Of a DNA stretch of 24,201 nt, positions 1 through 8,634 are shown one piece after another. The notes beneath the pieces are model-generated. The model made no database searches. It saw nothing but the letters and a program-made list of their open reading frames with translations, and was not told the origin of the DNA. This DNA is from Candidatus Auribacterota bacterium. GTDB taxonomy: Bacteria; Auribacterota; UBA6266. Position 1 is the stretch's first letter, and every line of letters begins with the position of its first letter. A program made the position numbers and the translations under genes. The DNA is taken from the NCBI GenBank assembly GCA_023136205.1, contig JAGLRQ010000029.1, forward strand, positions 1 through 24,201. Reading direction: 5' to 3'.

Positions 1-43
1 GCGCGGATTAGTATAAAATTCTTTGCGGATTAACAATAACCTT

Positions 44-766
44 CTAAAATTCTTCCAATATCCTGTCTGCCGCCTTAACAGGGTCCGAAGCCTTTGTGAT
101 TGCACGGCCAATAACAATATAATTTGCTCCTTTTTCAAAAGCCTCTCTCGGAGTAACTATCCTTTTCTGGTCATCTTTATCTGACCACACAGGCCTTATC
201 CCGGGAGAAAGAACAACAAAATCTTTTCCACATTCGGCTTTTATAAGTTCTATTTCATGAGCAGAAGCAACTACACCATCAAGCCCGGACTGTTTCGCCA
301 GGATTGCAAGCTTCACCACATGTTCGTTTACATTTTCCCTTATACCACATTCGCCCAGATCATCATCAGACATACTTGTAAGAACAGTCACTGCCAGAAC
401 AAGCGGCCTATTTTTAAATGCGCCTGCGGCCTTCGCGGCCGCTTCCATCATCCTCTTTCCGCCGGAGGCATGAACATTAAAAATTTTCACTCCTAAAGAA
501 CACGCGGATTTTGAAGCTCCCTCAACGGTGTTGGGTATATCATGGAATTTTAAATCCAGAAAAACCTCACCGCCAAGAGAAACAACCTCCTTCACAATAG
601 AAGGCCCATACTTTGTAAAAAGATGGCTCCCTATTTTAAAAAAGTTTAATTTCCCCTTTAATTTATTAACAATTTCAAGAGCTTTACCCTGATCGTCAAA
701 ATCAAGAGCCACAATTATTTTATCTCTTTTTTCCATATTTTTATCTCTGTTACTCCTTGATATCAT
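44..766 (-). CDS. pyrF: Orotidine 5'-phosphate decarboxylase
   Basis: 240-aa ORF with KIIVALDFDD, FFKIG and DLKFHDIPNT motifs typical of OMP decarboxylase. It is the last gene of the pyr operon. The second ATG at 736 (MEKRDKIIVALD) fits homolog N-terminal length better. Neither start has a well-spaced SD. Confidence 0.95.
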   Translation of the reverse strand: MISRSNRDKNMEKRDKIIVALDFDDQGKALEIVNKLKGKLNFFKIGSHLFTKYGPSIVKEVVSLGGEVFLDLKFHDIPNTVEGASKSACSLGVKIFNVHASGGKRMMEAAAKAAGAFKNRPLVLAVTVLTSMSDDDLGECGIRENVNEHVVKLAILAKQSGLDGVVASAHEIELIKAECGKDFVVLSPGIRPVWSDKDDQKRIVTPREAFEKGANYIVIGRAITKASDPVKAADRILEEF

Positions 767-798
767 CTGAGTTATATAAATTCTTAAAAACCCTTTTT

Positions 799-913
799 AA
801 CCACAAATCACACACCTGTCCCATTCTGGAGGGAAATCTACACGAATAAATAACTTAGTATTTTTTTAATTTGTGAAAATTCCCTCCAGAGAACAGGCGT
901 GTAATCTGTGGTT
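799..913. repeat. Long imperfect inverted repeat (arms 799-835 and 880-913, 44-nt AT-rich spacer) in the pyrD-pyrF intergenic region
   Basis: Hand alignment of the arms gives an 11-bp perfect block (825-835 pairs with 880-890). Further paired blocks of 5, 4, 2 and 7 bp are separated by single mismatches and one small internal loop, about 29 paired positions in total. No copy was seen elsewhere in the window. Confidence 0.8.
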
Positions 914-943
914 ATAAATATTTTGATTTTTTATTTTTACTTC

Positions 944-1858
944 TTACAAAACTGCCGCTCCTATTAATTCTTCCATTGATTTTATCCCGTTCTTAATAAA
1001 ATATTCCTCAAACCCCTTAATTATCTCCGGCATAACATTTGGATTATAAAAATTGGCAGTCCCTATCTGCACAGCACTGGCACCCGCCATAATAAATTCC
1101 AGGGCATCTTCGAAGCTCTCAATACCGCCAACCCCGATTATTGCCGCGCCTGTTGCCTTTTTAACCTCATATACCATTGCTAAAGCCACCGGTTTTATGG
1201 CAGGCCCGCTTAAACCCCCTGTAATATTCGGAAGAAGGGGCTTTTGATTAGCTGTATCGATAGCAATACCTTTAAGAGTGTTTATAAGCGTTACAGCATC
1301 CGCGCCGGCATCAAGACAGGCTTTTGCAATGCTGACTATGTCTGATACGTTAGGGGTAAGTTTAGCAATAACGGGTTTTGGGCATTCCTTTCTCACAGCT
1401 TTAATAACACGGGCCGCTGAATCCGGATTTACCCCAAAGGAAATCCCTCCTTCTTTCACATTAGGACAGGATATGTTGACTTCAATTGCCGAAACAGGCT
1501 TTTCATCTTTCAAGGCGGACGATATCTTTCTGTAATCGTCAACAGTATTACCGGCAATATTTACTATTACAAAAGCTTTTCTTTCTTTAAGAACAGGTAA
1601 TTTTTCTTTTATAAATTTTTCCAACCCTACATTCTGCAAGCCTACACAATTAAGAAGCCCTGCCGGAGTTTCGGCGAGCCTGGGAGGAGCGTTGCCTTCA
1701 CGCGGTTCAATCGTTGTCCCTTTCACAACTACTGCCCCTAATTCTTCAGGCACGACAAAATCAAGATATTCTTCACCATACCCCCACGTCCCCGAAGCAG
1801 GCATAACGGGATTCTTTAAATGTAACTTACCAACTTTTGTGGATATATCCATTCTCAT
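944..1858 (-). CDS. pyrD: Dihydroorotate dehydrogenase, class 1B catalytic subunit
   Basis: LKNPVMPASGTWGYG N-terminus, NISCPN active-site Cys motif and GGI..G FMN-binding C-terminus. It sits immediately downstream of pyrK. Start is ambiguous: TTG at 1870 (4-nt overlap with the pyrK TGA), ATG at 1858, or ATG at 1852 (MDISTKVGKLHLKNP aligns best with known PyrD N-termini). Confidence 0.94.
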   Translation of the reverse strand: MRMDISTKVGKLHLKNPVMPASGTWGYGEEYLDFVVPEELGAVVVKGTTIEPREGNAPPRLAETPAGLLNCVGLQNVGLEKFIKEKLPVLKERKAFVIVNIAGNTVDDYRKISSALKDEKPVSAIEVNISCPNVKEGGISFGVNPDSAARVIKAVRKECPKPVIAKLTPNVSDIVSIAKACLDAGADAVTLINTLKGIAIDTANQKPLLPNITGGLSGPAIKPVALAMVYEVKKATGAAIIGVGGIESFEDALEFIMAGASAVQIGTANFYNPNVMPEIIKGFEEYFIKNGIKSMEELIGAAVL

Positions 1859-1866
1859 AATATTTT

Positions 1867-2670
1867 TCAATAAACAACCTTATGCCCGTCAAAAACAGGG
1901 CCTTCTTTACATACTCTCAGGTACTCTTCCCCATTTTCCGTTTTAATCTTCGCCACACATCCGAGGCACGCGCCCATTCCACAACCCATTCTTTCTTCAA
2001 GAGAAACAAATAATTTCGCGTCTTTACCGAGTGTAAAAACAGAGACAGCCTTTAACATCGGCCGCGGGCCGCAGGCATAAACAACCTTTTCACCATTAAA
2101 ATTCTTTTCCAGAATTTCAACTACATTTCCTTTTTCCCCCAGGCTGCCGTCATCGGAACAAACCAGGACATTGCTCATAAGACTGCCGAATTTTTCAACA
2201 TAAAAAGCTTCCGCTTTATTTTTAAAACCGATTATTGCTTTAACACCCTTATCGCCAAATTCAGAGTTAAGCTTTTTTGCCAGCAAATAAAGCGGGGATA
2301 CCCCGAGTCCCCCTCCCACAAGGACGGAAGGAGCTGTAATAGTTTCAAAACCTTTACCGAGAGGCCCCATAAGAGACAGGTTCTCACCTTTTCTAACCTC
2401 CGCGAGATATCCGGTCCCCCTGCCTTTAACCTTAAAAATCATCTTAAGAGAATTTTTATCAACGTCAACTATACACAATGGCCTTGGCAGCAAAATCCTT
2501 TTCTGGACTTTCGGCATTATATAGACAAATTGTCCGGGGGCCGATCCCGCAAGCTCCGGGGATAAAGAAACTTCTAAAATATAGGTATTAAGGGAAATTT
2601 CCTTAATTTCTATTACTTCTCTGAAGCCGAAAAATATTTTATTTTTCTGCCGCTCATCATGATAATTCAT
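1867..2670 (-). CDS. pyrK: Dihydroorotate dehydrogenase electron-transfer subunit (FAD / 2Fe-2S)
   Basis: Ferredoxin-reductase-like fold motifs plus a C-terminal cluster motif CGMGACLGCV...C. It is adjacent to pyrD. ATG at 2670 is preferred; the ORF track start at 2679 is a TTG. It overlaps the pyrC 3' end. Confidence 0.92.
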   Translation of the reverse strand: MNYHDERQKNKIFFGFREVIEIKEISLNTYILEVSLSPELAGSAPGQFVYIMPKVQKRILLPRPLCIVDVDKNSLKMIFKVKGRGTGYLAEVRKGENLSLMGPLGKGFETITAPSVLVGGGLGVSPLYLLAKKLNSEFGDKGVKAIIGFKNKAEAFYVEKFGSLMSNVLVCSDDGSLGEKGNVVEILEKNFNGEKVVYACGPRPMLKAVSVFTLGKDAKLFVSLEERMGCGMGACLGCVAKIKTENGEEYLRVCKEGPVFDGHKVVY

Positions 2671-3940
2671 TGTAAACAACTTTTCCGCTTACGACCGTAA
2701 CAACCGCCTTCCCCTTCATTTTCCATCCGACGAAAGGAGAATTAGCGCTCCTGGAAACAAAATCTTCCTCTTTAACAGTCCACTCTTTGTCAATGTCCAA
2801 TACGGTAACATCACCATCAGCCCCCTCGGATAAATGCCCCTTATTTTTAAAATTGAGTATCCCGGCCGGGTTGAGGCTAAGCCTTTCCGCGAACTGCATA
2901 AGAGTTAATATCTTTTTATGATAAAGAGATGTCATAGACAGGCCTACTGAAGTCTCAAGCCCTATTATCCCGAAAGGAGCAAAATTAAACTCTACATCCT
3001 TTTCATGTTTTACATGAGGGGCATGGTCCGAAGCAATAGCATCTATGGTTCCGTCTTTTAGGCCTTTAAGTATGGCCTTTCTGTCTTTTTCTGTTCTCAG
3101 CGGCGGCTTCATTTTAAAGTTGGTATTAAAGGTTTTCAGGCTTTCGTCTGTCAATGTAAAGTAATGGGGCGCGGTTTCTGCCGTAACGTTTATGGATTTA
3201 GCTTTTGCCTCCCTGATAAGGTCAACTGAACCAGCCGTACTGATATGAGCAAGATGCACATGAGCCCCCGTCATCGCGCTCAAAATGATATCTCTCGCCA
3301 CAATAACTTCCTCCGACGCCGCGGGTATGCCTTTAAGCCCCAGGCGCACTGACTCACTGCCAAAATTCATTACTCCATCTCCTGAAAGTGAAACATCCTC
3401 ACAATGATCAATAACGGGGATTTTGAACATTGAAGCATATTCAAGCGCCCTCCGCATAAGATTGCTGTTCATAACACAGTTTCCGTCATCTGAAATAGCC
3501 ACAGCTCCGGCTTTTTTTAAAGATCCTATTTCCGTCAGAGTTTCCCCTTTTTTCCCCATCGTGATACAGGCCGCGGGAAAAACATTAGCGCTTCCGGTAT
3601 CTCTCGCCTGAGCATAAATAAGGCCTACAATGCCTTCGTTATCTACAGGAGGTTCAGTATTACCCATGCAAACAACCGAAGAAAATCCGCCTTTAACAGC
3701 CGCTCTGGTTCCTGTTTCAATGGTTTCCTGATCTTCCCTTCCGGGCTCTCTCAGATGAACGTGCATATCTATAAGGCCGGGAAAAACAACGTGCCCTTTT
3801 ACGTTGAGCACTTTACATCCGGTTCCCTTAATAGATTTCCCCAGCTTCGTGACTACCCTATTTTCGATTAAAATATCAAGGTTATCATCAATCACGCCTT
3901 TAGGATCAATTACCCTTCCGCCTTTAATTAACAATTTCAC
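2657..3940 (-). CDS. pyrC: Dihydroorotase
   Basis: 427 aa with the [10 protein letters not shown] metal-binding motif, a later DHAPH motif, and an [11 protein letters not shown]-terminus. GTG start forms a GTGA overlap with the pyrB stop. Confidence 0.95.
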   Translation of the reverse strand: MKLLIKGGRVIDPKGVIDDNLDILIENRVVTKLGKSIKGTGCKVLNVKGHVVFPGLIDMHVHLREPGREDQETIETGTRAAVKGGFSSVVCMGNTEPPVDNEGIVGLIYAQARDTGSANVFPAACITMGKKGETLTEIGSLKKAGAVAISDDGNCVMNSNLMRRALEYASMFKIPVIDHCEDVSLSGDGVMNFGSESVRLGLKGIPAASEEVIVARDIILSAMTGAHVHLAHISTAGSVDLIREAKAKSINVTAETAPHYFTLTDESLKTFNTNFKMKPPLRTEKDRKAILKGLKDGTIDAIASDHAPHVKHEKDVEFNFAPFGIIGLETSVGLSMTSLYHKKILTLMQFAERLSLNPAGILNFKNKGHLSEGADGDVTVLDIDKEWTVKEEDFVSRSANSPFVGWKMKGKAVVTVVSGKVVYNELS

Positions 3941-4884
3941 AGCATACTCCTGATTTTACTTCCGCCATTCACGAGAAAAAATACAGCCATTCTTACAGCG
4001 AGGCCGTTAGTAACCTGATCAAGAATAACAGAAAACGGGCCGTCAGCAACGGAAGCCGACATTTCTATCCCTCTGTTAATAGGCCCCGGGTGCATTACAA
4101 TAGCATCAGGCCTGATCTTTTTAATCCTTCTATCATCAAGGCCAAAGAGGTTCGAATACTCTCTGAGTGACGGGAAAAGATTTTTGTTCTGACGCTCAAG
4201 TTGAATTCTGAGCATATTTATTACATCAACCTCACCTATTACATCATCAAAGTTATGAACTATTTTCACACCCATATCTTCAAATTCCCTGGGCACGAGA
4301 GTAGGAGGCCCTACCAGTATAATCTCAGCGCCAAGTTTTGAGAGCCCCCAAATGTTCGAGCGGGCCACCCTGCTGTGAAGAACATCTCCAACGATAGCGA
4401 CTTTAAGCCCCTCTATTTTTCCTTTTTTCTGCCGCATGGTAAAGATATCAAGGAGCCCCTGCGTTGGATGTTCGTGCAGGCCGTCGCCGGCATTTACAAT
4501 AGAAGCGTCAAGCCTCTTTGCCAGCATGTGAGGCGCTCCGGAAACAGAATGTCTAATTACAAGTATGTCTATTTTATAGGCGGCAAGATTTTTAACTGTG
4601 TCAATTAATGTTTCACCCTTTGTTAAACTGCTTCCCAATGCCGCGACATTAACTATGTCAGCGCTCATCCGTTTTTCGGCAATCTCAAACGACGTTCTCG
4701 TCCTGGTACTCGGTTCAAAAAAGAGATTAACTACAGTTTTACCTCTGAGTACAGGAACCTTTTTGATTGAGCGGGTGGATATCTCTCTAAATGACTCCGC
4801 AGTATCAAGAATATGAATAATTTCACCAGCCGAGAGTTCTTCAAGCCCGAGTAAATTCTTTCCATTCCAAACTTTTTTAGCCAT
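3937..4884 (-). CDS. pyrB: Aspartate carbamoyltransferase catalytic subunit
   Basis: 315 aa with [13 protein letters not shown] (carbamoyl-phosphate site), HPTQ and HPGP motifs. Confidence 0.97.
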   Translation of the reverse strand: MAKKVWNGKNLLGLEELSAGEIIHILDTAESFREISTRSIKKVPVLRGKTVVNLFFEPSTRTRTSFEIAEKRMSADIVNVAALGSSLTKGETLIDTVKNLAAYKIDILVIRHSVSGAPHMLAKRLDASIVNAGDGLHEHPTQGLLDIFTMRQKKGKIEGLKVAIVGDVLHSRVARSNIWGLSKLGAEIILVGPPTLVPREFEDMGVKIVHNFDDVIGEVDVINMLRIQLERQNKNLFPSLREYSNLFGLDDRRIKKIRPDAIVMHPGPINRGIEMSASVADGPFSVILDQVTNGLAVRMAVFFLVNGGSKIRSML

Positions 4885-4888
4885 TTAA

Positions 4889-5425
4889 TCACTTCTCCAC
4901 TATAACTTCATCTTCTTTCCCATCAACTTCCGTAATACGCAGTTTTATCTTTTCCCTCCTGGATGTAGGAATATTTTTACCGACATAATCCGCTTTTATC
5001 GGCAATTCCCTATGTCCTCTGTCAATCAAAACAGCCAGCTCAACCTTTTTCGGCCTTCCAAAGTCCATAAGAGCATTGAGCGCCGCCCTCACTGTCCTGC
5101 CCGAATAAAGGACATCATCAGCAATAATAACAACCTTATCTGTAAGGTCTAAATTTATTTCGGTGCTGTGAACAACCGGCTGTTCATCTATTTTATCTAA
5201 ATCATCCCTGTAAAAAGTTATATCAAGAACACCAAAAGGTATTTCTATTTTTTCAAGCTTTCCAAGTTTATCTATCAACCTCTTTGCCAGGTAAACACCT
5301 CTTGTCCTTATACCAACTACGACTACATCACGAAGAGTCTTATTCTTCTCAATTATTTCATGAGCCATCCTCGTAACCGCACGGGAAATATCACCTTCAT
5401 CCATTATTTTAACAGCGCTAACCAT
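4889..5425 (-). CDS. pyrR: Bifunctional pyrimidine operon attenuation regulator / uracil phosphoribosyltransferase
   Basis: 178 aa with the PRTase PRPP loop [14 protein letters not shown]. It is the first gene of the pyr operon. SD AGGAGAAGGG lies upstream of the ATG. Confidence 0.93.
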   Translation of the reverse strand: MVSAVKIMDEGDISRAVTRMAHEIIEKNKTLRDVVVVGIRTRGVYLAKRLIDKLGKLEKIEIPFGVLDITFYRDDLDKIDEQPVVHSTEINLDLTDKVVIIADDVLYSGRTVRAALNALMDFGRPKKVELAVLIDRGHRELPIKADYVGKNIPTSRREKIKLRITEVDGKEDEVIVEK

Positions 5426-5447
5426 GCACCCTTCTCCTGTTTTTCAC

Positions 5448-5482
5448 AAAAAAACCCCTCCTTTGCCTTGTAGAAGGAGAGG
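5448..5482 (-). terminator. Intrinsic terminator of the pyrR leader attenuator
   Basis: Minus-strand RNA reads CCUCUCCUU-(loop CUACAAGGC)-AAGGAGGGG followed by UUUUUUU. That gives a 9-bp stem with one G-U pair. It lies between the predicted promoter and the pyrR SD. Confidence 0.7.
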
Positions 5483-5506
5483 TATATATGTATTTTATAA
5501 ACACAT

Positions 5507-5533
5507 CTTGTCCTTTTTCGGCTTCTCAGAACC
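5507..5533 (-). promoter_or_regulatory. Candidate PyrR-binding stem-loop (anti-antiterminator) in the pyrR leader
   Basis: Minus-strand RNA reads UUGGUU-CUGAGA-AGCCGA, followed by the purine-rich AAAAAGGAC. The hexaloop CUGAGA fits the CNGNGA loop I recall for B. subtilis PyrR binding loops (UCCAGAGAGGCU-like). It matches 8 of 12 positions of that motif. Confidence 0.5.
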
Positions 5534-5560
5534 AATTTAAAAGGTTAAATCCTAAACAGA

Positions 5561-5589
5561 ACTCTACCTCATAAAAGCCCTGCCGTCAA
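5561..5589 (-). promoter_or_regulatory. Sigma70-type promoter of the pyr operon
   Basis: Minus strand has TTGACG (5589-5584), a 17-nt spacer, then TAGAGT (5566-5561). It sits about 135 nt upstream of the pyrR ATG, leaving room for the attenuator. Confidence 0.5.
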
Positions 5590-5626
5590 GATTAATTTAT
5601 GAGGACACTTCTATTTTGTTACTTTA

Positions 5627-7531
5627 TCATCTGACTTTTATGACAACCATTGTCATATCATCATGCTGCGGCATTTTCCCGATAAACTTTTTTATTTCTC
5701 TTTCAATAACCTTTAAAATTTCCAGGCTGCTCTTTTCGGCTCCACACATTTTTAGTGTATTTACCAATCGCTCTTGCCCGAACTCTTCCTTCCTGGAATT
5801 TTTAGCTTCAGTTATCCCATCGCTATAAAAAACAATTACATCGCCGGATGAAATCCGGAATTCTTTTTGGCAAAAATCTACCTTTTCCATTAAACCGAGC
5901 GGCATACCGCCGTCCACTTTCAAGAATATCACTTCTTGAGTATCTTCTTTTTTCAAAAGAACCGGCGGATGGCCTCCGTCGCTAAGTGTTATTTTTCTTT
6001 CTTTTTCGTCTATTACGGCACAAGATACGGTTACAAAAAGGCCTGTTTTTGATTCAAGGCAAAGAGAAGTATTTAAGTTAGATAAGGTCGCAGAAGGGCT
6101 TATGGTATCTTTAGTTTGAAATTTCAACTCACTTATTATCTTAGCCATAAAAAGCGCGGCCGGCACGCCCTTTCCGGAAACATCGCCGACAACAATCCCC
6201 ATTCTCTCCTGTCCATAATCAGAAAACTGATATAAATCACCTCCCACATGACGGGCGGGGCGCATTATAGCCGCTATAGAAAGAGTTCTTCTCCTAGGCA
6301 ATTCACATGGAAGAAAACTATTCTGTATTTCTCTGGCCAAATCCAGCTCTTTCTCTACCAACTGGCGCTTGTGCAGCTCCAGGATATATTTTAAAAAGAT
6401 AAGCGACAAATATAATAAAATACAAACGAAAAGAGGATAAAATAAATCTATCCATATGCCGCAAAAGATAAAGAGAATAAAGCCGGCAATTATGTAAGCG
6501 ATGAGCACAACTGACACTAAATAGACTGACAAAGAAGTTCTGGTTTTTAATGTCAGGAAACTAATAGTCATCAGAACGGCAAACAGGATAATCAAATTTA
6601 TAAATTTATTTACTCTGAATAGGAAGGTATTTTCAAGGATACTATTAAATATGTTGGCGTGCACGCCCACATTGGGATATCTGGACTCAAGAGGCGTCAG
6701 GCTCAAATCATGTAAGCCCGCCGCGGCTGTTAAGCCAATAAAGCAAACTTTACCCTTAAGGCTGTCTAAATTTATTAACGGCTTCTTGCCCTTTTCTATC
6801 TGCGAATATGACCTGAATATATCAACATAAGAATAATGCGTGAAGGCCTCTTTCCAGGAACCGGCATAATTAATCATCATCTGGTATTTATTATCAACTG
6901 GTATTTTAACCCGGGGAGTTATCTGGATAAACTTGCCCTTTTTGATTAAAACCTGATCCTGAGAGACACCAAGATAATCGCAAACAGCCAGAAAAGTCAG
7001 GTGGGGAGAATATTTATTTTCGTATTCAAAATACAGAGGTACTCTTCTGTTCTTGCCGTCTAAGTCCTGAATAATATTAATATGACCGCTTCCGTAACCT
7101 GCCTGTTCAAGTTCCCTTAAGGGTTTGGCTTCAAGCCTTAAAGGCTTCTTGTTTTCATCCAATCTAAATACATAAGGATAATAAACACAGCCGGCTTTTT
7201 CAGTTGAATCAATTAAAGCCCCGTCATTCTCGCTTCTATCTGAAAATAAGACATCAAAGACAATCAACCTCACCTGGTATTCAGCCAAAATGTCTATCAG
7301 AGCGGCGTGGAAATCTCTATCAAAGGGCCAACGGCCTATTTCCCTGATAGAATCTTCACTAATTTCTATAATGACGATATCCTCATTTTGTTTTTGCGCG
7401 GGCCGGGCCTTGAATCTTAAATCCAGGGTTTCAAGTTCAAATACATCAAAAATTCTAAAATAAGAAGTTAATCCTACAGCAGCAAATACGAATAATAGAA
7501 ATAAGATTTTAAGAACTTTTGTCTTCTGCAT
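5627..7531 (-). CDS. CHASE2 sensor domain - 3 TM - PP2C/SpoIIE-family serine phosphatase (RsbU-like)
   Basis: 634 aa. It has an N-terminal TM helix and a CHASE2-like periplasmic region (IVIIEISEDSIREIGRWPFDRDFHAALIDIL...LIVFDVLF). Three hydrophobic helices follow at about aa 310-385. The PP2C motifs are GGDLYQF, VVGDVSGKGVPAALFMA, DGITEA and DDMTMVVIKV. Confidence 0.85.
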   Translation of the reverse strand: MQKTKVLKILFLLFVFAAVGLTSYFRIFDVFELETLDLRFKARPAQKQNEDIVIIEISEDSIREIGRWPFDRDFHAALIDILAEYQVRLIVFDVLFSDRSENDGALIDSTEKAGCVYYPYVFRLDENKKPLRLEAKPLRELEQAGYGSGHINIIQDLDGKNRRVPLYFEYENKYSPHLTFLAVCDYLGVSQDQVLIKKGKFIQITPRVKIPVDNKYQMMINYAGSWKEAFTHYSYVDIFRSYSQIEKGKKPLINLDSLKGKVCFIGLTAAAGLHDLSLTPLESRYPNVGVHANIFNSILENTFLFRVNKFINLIILFAVLMTISFLTLKTRTSLSVYLVSVVLIAYIIAGFILFIFCGIWIDLFYPLFVCILLYLSLIFLKYILELHKRQLVEKELDLAREIQNSFLPCELPRRRTLSIAAIMRPARHVGGDLYQFSDYGQERMGIVVGDVSGKGVPAALFMAKIISELKFQTKDTISPSATLSNLNTSLCLESKTGLFVTVSCAVIDEKERKITLSDGGHPPVLLKKEDTQEVIFLKVDGGMPLGLMEKVDFCQKEFRISSGDVIVFYSDGITEAKNSRKEEFGQERLVNTLKMCGAEKSSLEILKVIEREIKKFIGKMPQHDDMTMVVIKVR

Positions 7532-7553
7532 TTTTATAAAACCTTATTATTTC

Positions 7554-8591
7554 TTAGAAGGAATAATGCAAACCAACTGAAAAAATGGTCTCGGTATATT
7601 CATCACGAGGTTCATTGGAATCATTTTCCCTATAGGTAAGGTTCAGGCTAATCGATGTGGAAGGCGTAAAATCGTAAAGGAAAGCGGTATTTATAGTAAA
7701 CATCTCATCTTCCTGGACTCGGCTATTATCAAAAGTAGTTCTGTGTCCGTAATCCTTAAAGGCCTGGGCAAAGCTTAGCAGTCCAAAAAATTTCTCACTA
7801 AAGATATGGATGGCGGTTAAACTAATTTTATGGGACGAGTAATCATAATAATCGTAATATGAGTCATTCGAATCGTTGATATAGTATTGTCCTCTTAATT
7901 TCAATAAGGTCTTCTCCCATAAATAATAGCCGGCTTCCAATTCGGCTATATGCCTGTGATCCGTTCTCTCGGAGCCTGACTCTGTGCCATTCGCGTATCT
8001 TGCCTTCCTGTCATCATATTTCTTATGCAAATAACCATAGCCCAGGCGCCCATAGAATTTAGACGTTAAATAGTTTTTAAAACCCAGAGAAACTCTGTTG
8101 GCTCTATGGCTGCCGGGGCCATACTTAGGATAATCAATTAGGCCAAAATTGTAATTAAATTCTAAAATGTTTTTCCCCACCAATCTGTTTTGAAGATTAA
8201 AATTAAAATTATTATTAATCATACTGGCATCGGTAATTTCAGGATAAGCTATGAAATTAAAATTGTAATCCAATTTTAATTTCATATCCTGCCAGAGCGC
8301 GAATCCTAAGTAAAAAGGCTTTTCTATGCCAAATTTAAATCTGGTTTCAAAAAAAACATCACCTTCCTTTGAAGAATTGAGGTTGACATTGTTATCGTAG
8401 CCCATATTTTGGCTAATGGAAGAATTTAATTTCGGTTTTTCGGTTGGATATTCCCTGGCATAAGCCTGAATTACAGATTCCACAGTCTGCATATTGTATC
8501 TTTCCGCGGGCTCCAATTTCTCATCCGCGGAACAAGCAGTAAGGCCAAAGAATAAAACCCCTAATATTGCGGGTAAAAATTTGCTTCTCAT
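7554..8591 (-). CDS. Putative outer-membrane beta-barrel lipoprotein
   Basis: 345 aa. A signal peptide ends in the lipobox LTAC. The body is rich in Y/N/G/D with alternating amphipathic strands (LKLDYNFNF, VSLGFKNY, LEAGYYL, ISLNLTY). The C-terminus ...VGLHYSF ends in Phe, which is typical of BAM substrates. I did not recognise a family. Confidence 0.6.
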   Translation of the reverse strand: MRSKFLPAILGVLFFGLTACSADEKLEPAERYNMQTVESVIQAYAREYPTEKPKLNSSISQNMGYDNNVNLNSSKEGDVFFETRFKFGIEKPFYLGFALWQDMKLKLDYNFNFIAYPEITDASMINNNFNFNLQNRLVGKNILEFNYNFGLIDYPKYGPGSHRANRVSLGFKNYLTSKFYGRLGYGYLHKKYDDRKARYANGTESGSERTDHRHIAELEAGYYLWEKTLLKLRGQYYINDSNDSYYDYYDYSSHKISLTAIHIFSEKFFGLLSFAQAFKDYGHRTTFDNSRVQEDEMFTINTAFLYDFTPSTSISLNLTYRENDSNEPRDEYTETIFSVGLHYSF

Positions 8592-8634
8592 TTTTCCCCT
8601 GCCATTTTTAATAAATCGCCATGAAGAATTAAGG

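Noticed and set aside
1-43. Direct repeat GCGGATTA (3-10 and 27-34) downstream of the pyrF stop
   Set aside because: It is a short 8-mer pair at the window edge, with no hairpin or U-tract. There is too little context to call a terminator or binding site.
880-900. TCCAGAGAA within the pyrD-pyrF inverted repeat, resembling the PyrR box UCCAGAGAGG
   Set aside because: The match is on the plus (antisense) strand. On the mRNA strand the corresponding arm reads CUCCAGAAUGGGAC, which breaks the CNGNGA loop rule. The sequence would also be buried in the long stem rather than displayed in a loop.
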